A stretch of DNA of 63,914 bases, the filler included. It is 7 parts of 7 records of this genome, joined end to end, with 100 filler letters (N's around TTAATTAATTAA, not from the genome) between each part and the next. Parts side by side here need not be neighbours in the genome. Positions count along the whole stretch, not along the records: positions 39,003 to 53,015 come from SRR31147125_9519; 6 more parts are not named here. One strand, written 5' to 3'. How positions within the stretch are numbered: position 1 is the first letter of the stretch; the number at the start of each line of letters is the position of its first letter. Under the pieces are notes generated by a model. That model did no database searches, was not told the DNA's origin, and saw only the letters and a program-made list of their open reading frames with translations. This document shows positions 41,690 to 50,350 of this stretch, one piece after another. Both the position numbers and the translations under genes were made by a program.

Positions 41690-42614
41690 ATGGATAACAT
41701 AAAAAACAATTCAATAAATCAAGAATATATCAAAAGAATTAATATGGTTTGCAATTATATAGAAAAAAACATAACAAAATCATTTACATTAGATGAACTA
41801 TCGCAGGTTTCAGGATTTTCAAAATATCATTTTCATAGAATTTTCACCGCCTTTATTGATGAGACTTTGTACAATTATATTACTAGAATAAAACTTGAAA
41901 GAGCTGTTGCGCAGTTATTAAATTTTTCAAGCAAAACAATTACTGAGATTGCTTTAGATTATGGATTTGCCGACTCTGCAATGTTTGCACGCTCATTCAA
42001 AAAGCATTGTGGCATGAATGCAACAGATTATAAAAAAATTCAGCAAGATAAGCAAAGCTAACGAAGCCGCCTTTGAGTATAATCAAGAGATTAACAGGAG
42101 GCATAATAAAATGAAAGTTAAATGCAATGTTGAAGTTATGAATGTTGATGAAATGATAGTAGGGTATCTTCGCCATTTAGGCACGTATGAAGAACTTAGA
42201 AAACATTTTGGTGTTATGATAGGTAAATTAGCGACGTGGGCTGGCTCACAAGGGGTGATGAACGAAGGTACTAAGCTATTAGCAGTTTATCACGATAATC
42301 CAAACATTACTGATGAAACCAAACTAAAGACGAGCATATGCATAACTATACCTAAAGATGCAAAGGCAGATGGTGAAATTAATAAGATGACAATATCGGC
42401 AGGGAAATATGCAATAGGACATTTTGAGATTGATGATGACAAGGCTAAAGAACAGCATGGGCATGCATGGCAGTATATATATGGTGAATGGTTACCTAAT
42501 AGTGGATATCAACCTGACGATAATCCAGTATTTGAAGTGTATGTAAACGACCCTAACACACATCCAGAAAGAAAGCATTTTGTAGATATTTATCTTCCTA
42601 TAAAGCCTTTATAA
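41690..42614 (+). CDS. AraC-family regulator with GyrI-like effector domain; frameshift at A7 42032-42038
   Basis: FSKYHFHRIF...RIKLERA...ITEIALDYGF HTH in 41690-42061; GyrI-like YHDNP, WLPNSGYQPD..P.FEVY in 42018-42614. Confidence 0.82.
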
Positions 42615-42678
42615 TGAAATTACTCATTTATAAAACAATGTAATCTGACTACGATAAATAAAATATGAGGTAGAAAGT

Positions 42679-43272
42679 ATGCAGGATATTATTCTTGAAA
42701 AACCACAAATGAATATAAGCATTCCATTGATGAAAGCATTAGAACTAAGGAGAACAAAGAGAAAGTGGCAAAACGAAACATTATCTATGCAAGAGATTGC
42801 AAACATACTATGGGCTGCATGCGGTGAAACTAAGCAGGCATATGGAAAAGTTAAAAATAAAAGGACAATACCTTCAGGATGCAATTCACAATTAGTTAGT
42901 GTGTATGTAGCATTAAATAACGGGGTATATAGATATATTGAAAGTGAGCATAAATTGGAATTTATAGCAAGCGATGATATAAGATGCAATCTAGGCACAC
43001 AGAAAATGATGTAAACAGCTCCATTTGGTCTAATTTATGTAGCGGATATGTCCAAAAAGGTAGGAGTCATGAAGTGTGATAATAATAAAAAGATGCTATT
43101 AGCAGGTACTGAGACTGGGTCAATTAGCCAAAATGTCTATCTATATTGCGCTGCCGCAAACTTAAATACTGTAATGATTGCACTCGTTAATAGACCACAA
43201 CTTTTAAAAGCATTGAAGTTGAATGATAATTGTAAAATTATATACACGCAAATTATAGGGAAATCTATATAA
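42679..43272 (+). pseudogene. SagB-type nitroreductase interrupted by in-frame TAA 43012-43014
   Basis: RRT.R, LWAA.G and RTIPS motifs, then in the same frame APFGLIYVAD...GSISQNVYLYCAA. Confidence 0.75.
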
Positions 43273-43320
43273 GTAGTACTTAAAAAATAATTGATATTAG
43301 TATAAGGACTGGATTATCCC

Positions 43321-43365
43321 ATAAAATCTCCAACTTTTTTAAGTCTATAAAGTTGGAGATTTTAT
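43321..43365. terminator. Long hairpin between convergent genes
   Basis: Perfect 17-bp arms ATAAAATCTCCAACTTT / AAAGTTGGAGATTTTAT. Confidence 0.7.
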
Positions 43366-43614
43366 TAAATTGTGTTTTTACAGTAAAAATAAAGGTGTTT
43401 TGTTAAAGAGAATACGTAGTCTTTGTGAAAGAACGTTTTCTAAACAAACAAGTTAGATATTAGTGGTATCAATAAAATTATTTTACTGAATATGCTATGT
43501 GCTTTAAGTTTAGACATCTATTAGTGCTTGAACAATAAGAATAGCAGAAATCTGCCTAAAATTGAATATTATCCACAATGTGTAATACTTTTGTTAAAAA
43601 CTAAAATGCCCTTC

Positions 43615-44796
43615 CTATCTTTTAATCTCCCATTGAAATGGGTCGTTAAAGCCCTGCCAATTTTCCTTCATCTCTTCATCGGTCATCAAACAGAAGTCAA
43701 GCTGCTCTGTTATACTCGCCTTATCTAGTTGAATTCCGATAAATACCAGCTGGATACGCCGGTCACCATATTTCTTGTCCCATTTTTGCATAAGCTCAGG
43801 ATTGTCGGCTAAATAATCATTCAATTTTTCTTCGGGCATGGTCGCCACCCAATACGCCATAGGGTATATATCAATATTTTTACCAGCCTGCTCAAGCAAT
43901 ATGGTATAGGGGTTATAGTTTGGCAGCCACGCAAACCCCTTTGTGCGCACTACGGATTTGGGGAAATTTTCTATAAAATGATCGAACCGTTCAGGATGAA
44001 ACGGTCTGACTTTCTCATACACAAAGGAATTAATACCGTACTCCTCCGTTTCCGGAGTATGGTATTCGGCATTTAACTCTTTGATCCATCCCGCCGAATT
44101 GTAGGCACGTTCAAAATTAAAGCTGTGAGTGTCGAGAATTTTGGACGGCGGAACCACTCCTTTGACAGAACGGAGTATTTTCGCTTCTGGCTGCAATGTT
44201 TTTACAACAGCTTCCACCTGATCGATTTCCTCAGGGGTAAGTAGATCGCATTTATTCAGGAGAATGACATCACAAAACTCAATCTGTTCTATTATCAAGT
44301 CCATGATGTCCTCTTCATCATGCTCCTCAGATTGACGTTCAATAATCTCGGTGCCATTTCCAAAATCCACCCAAAACCGATGAGCGTCCACGACGGTGAC
44401 CATGGTATCCAGACGTGTCTTTTCAGTCAAGTCAATATCTTGATTCTCATCATAGTAAACAAAAGTCATTGCAATGGGAATCGGCTCGCTTATGCCGGAT
44501 GCCTCAATGAGGATATAATCAATAGTTTTTAGCCTAGACAGCCGTTCCACCTCTTTTAAAAGATCCGCACGCAGTGTACAGCAAATGCAGCCGTTTTGCA
44601 TCTGAACAAGTTCTTCCTCTGCGCGGCTGAATCCTCCCTGTTTGACCAGTTCGGCATCAATGTTTACTTCGCTCATGTCATTGACAATTACGGCAATCTT
44701 ATAGCCGTGATTACTGTTTAAAAGATAGTTGAGAAGGGTGGTTTTTCCAGATCCAAGGTAACCGCACAGGACGGTTACGGGAATTTTATTTTGCAT
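43615..44796 (-). CDS. COG0523/CobW-family G3E GTPase (YciC/ZagA-like zinc metallochaperone)
   Basis: GYLGSGKT, GCICC, EASGISEP, NKCD, RPFHPERF and LVFIG motifs. Confidence 0.93.
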   Translation of the reverse strand: MQNKIPVTVLCGYLGSGKTTLLNYLLNSNHGYKIAVIVNDMSEVNIDAELVKQGGFSRAEEELVQMQNGCICCTLRADLLKEVERLSRLKTIDYILIEASGISEPIPIAMTFVYYDENQDIDLTEKTRLDTMVTVVDAHRFWVDFGNGTEIIERQSEEHDEEDIMDLIIEQIEFCDVILLNKCDLLTPEEIDQVEAVVKTLQPEAKILRSVKGVVPPSKILDTHSFNFERAYNSAGWIKELNAEYHTPETEEYGINSFVYEKVRPFHPERFDHFIENFPKSVVRTKGFAWLPNYNPYTILLEQAGKNIDIYPMAYWVATMPEEKLNDYLADNPELMQKWDKKYGDRRIQLVFIGIQLDKASITEQLDFCLMTDEEMKENWQGFNDPFQWEIKR

Positions 44797-44879
44797 AGGG
44801 GTTTCCTTTCAATGCTTTTTCTGATTTGCGCTAACGCAGTTGGGTTTCCGCCAGCTAAGATGGTGGTTTGCAAAGAAAC

Positions 44880-44933
44880 GTTATTGCAAATCATTTGCAA
44901 TAACAGTATAGTGGAAAAAAATTCCTTTGTCAA
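44880..44933 (-). promoter_or_regulatory. sigmaA promoter plus Fur-family (Zur-like) operator for the COG0523 gene
   Basis: TTGACA (44933-44928), 17 nt, TATACT (44910-44905), then perfect palindrome GTTATTGCAAAT-C-ATTTGCAATAAC (44880-44904). Confidence 0.8.
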
Positions 44934-45320
44934 TATCAACTTTAATTTTTTATCTATGTTGTCAAATAGTCGGTAACACATTAGCCGGCAAGGTCGCATA
45001 AGTAACGTAGGTGCGCTTTTCGTCCGAGAACAATGAGAAGAAATAGGTAAGATATTAAGGGAACTATTCAATTGGAAATAAGCAGAGATAATTGAAGCAA
45101 AAATATGCTCAGATTATATACAAATGTTTGTGAGAATACTATGCAGATAAAGTAGAAAAGAATAAAAAAGAGGGCTTATTCCGCATATGAAATATCCCCT
45201 GCTTTGCCGGACTGAAGCTCGTTTATTCGAGCTCTTGTATAATACTTTTTTTGTTTGTGTTTTCAGGGCAGTTTGAAACAGCCTTATGGGCTGTAATAAA
45301 AACTATTGTTAATTTGCGCT

Positions 45321-45899
45321 TTAAATATATTTTTCTACCACGCTTGCATCTGTAAACACAACACCTTTAATCCCGAATTTTTGGGCTGCAATAACATTTT
45401 CTTTTGTGTCATCAAAAAAAACACATTCTTTTGAATATAATGCATATTTATTTAAAATATGACTGTATATTAAGGGATTTGGTTTAATAATATTCACATC
45501 ACAAGAAAATACTCCGCCGTCAAACAGTTCAAAAAATGAATATTTAGCTTGTACATAGTCACTAAGTTTTTTATGGAAATTTGATAGATAGTATAATCTA
45601 TGACCATGCTCTTTAATTTTGGGTAGTAATTCTATAGTTTTTTCTATAGGTGTCAGCGTATCATAAAGTCTATCCATTACTTTTATGATAAGTTCCTGAT
45701 ATTTGGGTTCTTTAGCACAAAAGTTTGAGCAAGCTTCTTCCTGTGTGATAGTTCCCTCATCCAGTCTAATCCACTCATGGCTTTTAAAAATCACTTCAAG
45801 TATTTTTTTCTCATCGTATTGATTATTAATAAGATTATGTAAAAATTGCTGTGGGTTAAAATCCAATAATACATTTCCAATATCAAATATAAAATTCAT
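45321..45899 (-). CDS. HAD-family phosphatase
   Basis: IFDIGNVL, LSN, KP and FFDD motifs; GGAG before ATG 45899. Confidence 0.9.
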   Translation of the reverse strand: MNFIFDIGNVLLDFNPQQFLHNLINNQYDEKKILEVIFKSHEWIRLDEGTITQEEACSNFCAKEPKYQELIIKVMDRLYDTLTPIEKTIELLPKIKEHGHRLYYLSNFHKKLSDYVQAKYSFFELFDGGVFSCDVNIIKPNPLIYSHILNKYALYSKECVFFDDTKENVIAAQKFGIKGVVFTDASVVEKYI

Positions 45900-46082
45900 A
45901 AATAATCTCCAAATTTTGTTCCTGATAGTCAAGATTTTTTAAAAGTATAGCATAGATTCCACAAATAAACAATTAACTCATTTAAGTTATGTATTAACTA
46001 TGAAAAATTATATTTTGACTATAAAATAAACTTAGTATTATAATACTATTCGTCGTAATGGTGATATAAAAACAAATAGAAA

Positions 46083-46110
46083 ATGCCTCTGCATTTTCAC
46101 ACAGAGGCAA
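46083..46110 (-). terminator. Terminator of the ABC operon
   Basis: TGCCTCTG...CAGAGGCA hairpin just after the permease stop. Confidence 0.6.
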
Positions 46111-46136
46111 TCTTCTATGATGTTGATTATTAGATG

Positions 46137-48284
46137 TTAATTATTTAATACTATCTTACTCCAGTAGTTAAAGATTTCATCACTTAATGGGACGAAAGTA
46201 TCTAAATACATGGTGACGTTTCCAGATTCTGAATATAAATTCAAATTTACTGCTGCATAGTGAGTGTACACATCAAAACCTTCTGTATCCATCTTTTTTA
46301 AATCACTACATAGTTGTATAAATTGCTCCGTTGAAAGAGTCAGAGCTTCGCCATATGAGGTATAATACGGATTATTGGTGTAAAAGGAATATGGATAATC
46401 TGTGCCTAAATCTATCGTTATACTTATGTCGATATTCTCACTATTATTTTCAAGTATTATCTCCAATGCATTAGTAAGGGTTTCGTAATTATAAGAACTT
46501 ATATTTTTCATATATAACTTTTTGGTTTCAGGAACACTGTTATCAATTTCATAGACACTAATATAGGCATTATTATTGTACTCGCCTTTTACAAACAAAT
46601 TGCCAACCTGACCAATTGACTCATAATTATTAAACACACTACTCTGCAAATAAATAGGAAGCAATCTTCTTCCTTCATTATTGTTTTTGCTTGTCTCATA
46701 TATCAGACTATCCCAAACATCATAAGCATAAGTATCATGATTTTCAGGTATACCATTCATATAGCATTCCTTTATTAACGAATCTTCCGGCATAGATGAT
46801 AATGCATTATAATAATCAGTATCATCTAGCAATAAATTTAATATTTTTGCAGCCTCCGTCTGCTGGTATACTGGTATATTTCTAACAATTTTTTGCCCAT
46901 TATCCATATAAAATTCGCACCAGAACTTAGTGGAGGAATATAATGCGTATTCACTATCAGGAATGTCGTCAATATTATCTATAGCTTTGTCAAGACTCGC
47001 TGTCAATAATTCAATTAATTCTTTATCATGTATTTTTATGTCCTTTGCTACAAGAACTCCAAAAGGATATGTAGGTGTATTGATATACGCTTTATCCGTG
47101 CTTAAATTTATAGTTAAACATTTTACTTCATTACTACTAATGGATTTGTGAAGCTGATTATCAGCTATTAAATATCCTCCTGACATAAAGAGAAATGATA
47201 TAGTACATGTTATAACAAATACTATAGAGTTCTTTATTATATCTTTGAATTTTCCGTTATATATTATTGAAATAACTATAAATATTACTATAGCAAATAC
47301 GACCAAGGCTATAGATGATTTGCTTATTGAGCTTATTATACTGTTATTATCTAAGTAATTATTTGCAATAACATATCCGCTGAATAAAATCATAGGCATG
47401 GTGCATAGCCCTGCGAAAATATATGATATCCAATCGTTTATAAAGCTTTTTCCTGCAAGTTCTGATTTTCGTCTGTTATTAACAAATAATGCTACAGCTA
47501 TGTATATTAACCCTATTACAAGGGTATATATTATGCCTTTGGGATTAATAATGGTTTCAGATGTGCCGTTATACTGCCAAAGATTTGATGCATCCAACAA
47601 AATTCCCGTCGGAATATTTATACTGGGATTTAAAAATACATTTAGCTCATTAAGATTTACTAACTGAAAGGATGCTTTTGTTATTAACATACCTATCATA
47701 AATAAAATGCACCTGGGCAGAAACAGTAATACAGCAGAAACGGTTATGTTTCCAAAAACGTTTCCTGTAAAGCTCATAGCTGTAGCTACAACACCCACAA
47801 TTAATGTTGATCCTGCTATATATCCTAAAGTTCCTAAAATAATATATCTGAATGTATAGACACTGTCTGTAGCACTTAGGGTAATCCAGGCAGTTAACAT
47901 TGTTAATATAATAATACTATATAGCATAACTAATATTGCGAGTAATCTTGAAACAAATTGTTGTATGTTTGTATAAGGTAAGGAGTGGTATTTATCAGAT
48001 GAAGCTCTTTTATTCTGATAGTTAAATATAATAAAAGTAAAAAGAGCAGAACATATAAACATAACGAATATAAGTATTGGCGCAATACCAGCAGCAGTAT
48101 GTCCATTGCTTCCAGTGAGTGTATAATAAAAGCCAAGTCTAAATATTCCGGTATAACCTCCGCTATAACGACTGCTAATTAACATATAAGTTATTGTAAT
48201 AGATAGCATTAGTGTTAGCGTTGAAACCAAAACTAGCTTTTTAAGCGCTAATTTAAAGATGTCTTTTGAAAAAATATTTTTCAT
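46137..48284 (-). CDS. ABC-2 type permease with a large extracellular C-terminal domain
   Basis: Many TM helices; D.YHSLP and RKSE.AG motifs; coupled to the ATPase gene. Confidence 0.8.
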   Translation of the reverse strand: MKNIFSKDIFKLALKKLVLVSTLTLMLSITITYMLISSRYSGGYTGIFRLGFYYTLTGSNGHTAAGIAPILIFVMFICSALFTFIIFNYQNKRASSDKYHSLPYTNIQQFVSRLLAILVMLYSIIILTMLTAWITLSATDSVYTFRYIILGTLGYIAGSTLIVGVVATAMSFTGNVFGNITVSAVLLFLPRCILFMIGMLITKASFQLVNLNELNVFLNPSINIPTGILLDASNLWQYNGTSETIINPKGIIYTLVIGLIYIAVALFVNNRRKSELAGKSFINDWISYIFAGLCTMPMILFSGYVIANNYLDNNSIISSISKSSIALVVFAIVIFIVISIIYNGKFKDIIKNSIVFVITCTISFLFMSGGYLIADNQLHKSISSNEVKCLTINLSTDKAYINTPTYPFGVLVAKDIKIHDKELIELLTASLDKAIDNIDDIPDSEYALYSSTKFWCEFYMDNGQKIVRNIPVYQQTEAAKILNLLLDDTDYYNALSSMPEDSLIKECYMNGIPENHDTYAYDVWDSLIYETSKNNNEGRRLLPIYLQSSVFNNYESIGQVGNLFVKGEYNNNAYISVYEIDNSVPETKKLYMKNISSYNYETLTNALEIILENNSENIDISITIDLGTDYPYSFYTNNPYYTSYGEALTLSTEQFIQLCSDLKKMDTEGFDVYTHYAAVNLNLYSESGNVTMYLDTFVPLSDEIFNYWSKIVLNN

Positions 48285-48285
48285 G

Positions 48286-49209
48286 TTATTTATCCTCCAA
48301 AATCAATGAACTCTCCGCTTCTGAATCTAAGGCATATCCACGTTCATGCAGTTCATAGGTGAATATCTCATCTAAAGATAAAGGTACAGTTTCTAACAAT
48401 ATTGGATTTAGTTTTTTAATTATTTTAATTATTTCTAGTTCATTGCCTTTTACTATTAGGTTAGCAACAGTGCCTGATTTTGTATATTGAGCCACATCAA
48501 GAACGGTTAACAGATCGTCTGTATTATCATCTTTTAATGCAACTTGTACTTTTATAAGATTTGTGTTCATATCCTGCAATTGCTGCTCAAATACTAGCTT
48601 ACCTTTATGAATTAATATAAGTGAATCACAAAAGTCTTCTAATTCCCGCAGCGAATGGGAAGAGATGATAACAGTGGTATTAGTATCTAAAACCTTATTG
48701 TATATTTTTTTCTTTACCAAGCTCCTTATCATAGGATCAAGACCATCTAAAGTTTCGTCAAGTATTAAATATTGGGTATTGCAGCTTAGAGCAATAATTA
48801 TCATTGCTTGTCGCACCATACCTTTTGATAAGGTGGTCAGTGAGGTGTTTTCATCAAGATTGAATATTTTTAGAAGTTCCATATATTCATCAATATCAAA
48901 CTTTTCGTAGTAACTTGAATACTCTTTCATCAATTTTTTTATTGTTAAACCAAAACCCATAACGGGGCTATCAGACAAAAATAATATATGTTTTTTTGTG
49001 TGTGGATTGTTGTAGATAGTATGATTGTCTAATAAGATTTCTCCTTTTTCAAGAGAATATACCCCGCCAATGAGTCTTAGTAAAGTTGATTTCCCAGCTC
49101 CGTTTGAACCTACAACGCCAAATATAGAACCGCTGTCTATATTGCAATTGACGTTGTCAATAGCTTTCAACATTTCAAATTTCTTTGTTGCATTCTTAAT
49201 CTGAATCAT
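48286..49209 (-). CDS. ABC transporter ATP-binding protein (YtrB-like)
   Basis: GSNGAGKST, LSKGM, ILDE..DGLD and SSH motifs. Confidence 0.92.
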   Translation of the reverse strand: MIQIKNATKKFEMLKAIDNVNCNIDSGSIFGVVGSNGAGKSTLLRLIGGVYSLEKGEILLDNHTIYNNPHTKKHILFLSDSPVMGFGLTIKKLMKEYSSYYEKFDIDEYMELLKIFNLDENTSLTTLSKGMVRQAMIIIALSCNTQYLILDETLDGLDPMIRSLVKKKIYNKVLDTNTTVIISSHSLRELEDFCDSLILIHKGKLVFEQQLQDMNTNLIKVQVALKDDNTDDLLTVLDVAQYTKSGTVANLIVKGNELEIIKIIKKLNPILLETVPLSLDEIFTYELHERGYALDSEAESSLILEDK

Positions 49210-49225
49210 TGTTTAAGTTCCTTTC

Positions 49226-49615
49226 TTATACTTTAAGAATTAGCTTTTCTTTAGCAGTTTTATATGAATCTTTTACTTTTGTGATAATCTCTTCAATATC
49301 TATGTTACACATAACAAGTTCTTCTATGACTTTATCCAAGGTTTTTAAATGATTTCCTATATCTGATTTTATTATATTAGCTGCATCTTCAGATACAAAT
49401 CTGCCTTTACCAGGTACAGTATAGCAAATACCCAATAGCTCTAGCTGAGTAAAAGCCTTTTGCAATGTATTAGGATTTATGCCAATATCGTAGGACAGTT
49501 TTCTGACAGAAGGAAGCTTGTCATGAGGTTTTAAGACGCTTGTTACTATTTGTCGTTTATACTGATTTATTATTTGAATATATACTGGTTCAGTAGAATT
49601 TTTATTAATCAGCAT
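49226..49615 (-). CDS. GntR-family regulator, YtrA subfamily
   Basis: PVYIQI, LPSVRKLS, INPNT and PGKGRFV motifs; short protein; AGGAGG RBS. Confidence 0.9.
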   Translation of the reverse strand: MLINKNSTEPVYIQIINQYKRQIVTSVLKPHDKLPSVRKLSYDIGINPNTLQKAFTQLELLGICYTVPGKGRFVSEDAANIIKSDIGNHLKTLDKVIEELVMCNIDIEEIITKVKDSYKTAKEKLILKV

Positions 49616-49641
49616 CAATTTCACCTCCTATTATTTCGTGC

Positions 49642-49687
49642 TACGTGTACTATTGAGTATAGTACACGTAACTTGTTGTTTTGTCAA
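49642..49687 (-). promoter_or_regulatory. YtrA-type operator overlapping a sigmaA promoter
   Basis: TACGTGTACTAT-N5-ATAGTACACGTA (GTGTA-N13-TACAC); TTGACA-17-TACTAT on the minus strand. Confidence 0.82.
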
Positions 49688-49840
49688 TATATTTCTTATT
49701 AAAATTTAATATTTAATGCAGAGTGTAAATTTATGGTAGAATATATAAAGAAACAGATAGTTTAAAATGTAAATAATAAATTTTTTCAACTTATCATATT
49801 TTTATCGAGGATATGGTACTATTAGTTGTGTTATATATGA

Positions 49841-50350
49841 ATGGGTGTTTACAGAAAGCGAGGATTTCGTGTGATAAAAGCGCAAAATGAAATAGACAGA
49901 TTGTATAACAAATATGTTAATACTGTTTATAGGGTATGCTTCACCTATATGCGAGGCAGCAAAATGGATATAGAGGATGCTGTACAGGACACATTTATCA
50001 AGTTAATAAACACAAAAAAATCTTTTAATGATGATGACCATATTAAAGCATGGCTTATTGTTACTGCTAGCAATATATGTAAAAATATGTTGAAAAGAAA
50101 ATACAGAACGGATATCCTCTATGAAGAGAGTATAGAAAACAGTTTTGACTACTTAAAAGAAGATGAGATTCTAATGAATGTGCTTATATTACCTAAGAAT
50201 GAAAGAATATCGATATACCTTTTTTATTATGAAGGATATTCTGCTAAGGAAATAGGAGATATGATAAATAAAAAACAATCTACAGTGTGGTCATATCTGC
50301 ATAAGGGACGGGATATACTAAAGGGCATGTTAAAGGAGTATTCAAGATGA
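49841..50350 (+). CDS. ECF RNA polymerase sigma factor
   Basis: EDAVQDTF, KAWL...N...N, and YYEGYS.KEI region 4. Confidence 0.9.
   Translation: MGVYRKRGFRVIKAQNEIDRLYNKYVNTVYRVCFTYMRGSKMDIEDAVQDTFIKLINTKKSFNDDDHIKAWLIVTASNICKNMLKRKYRTDILYEESIENSFDYLKEDEILMNVLILPKNERISIYLFYYEGYSAKEIGDMINKKQSTVWSYLHKGRDILKGMLKEYSR

Noticed and set aside
42018..42614. Stand-alone GyrI-like gene
   Set aside because: Better explained as the C-terminal domain of the AraC protein split at an A7 run, although a separate start near 42111 cannot be excluded.
45188..45214. TGAAATATCCCC...GGAC resembling an IS3-family end
   Set aside because: Single weak match with no partner end and no transposase remnant.
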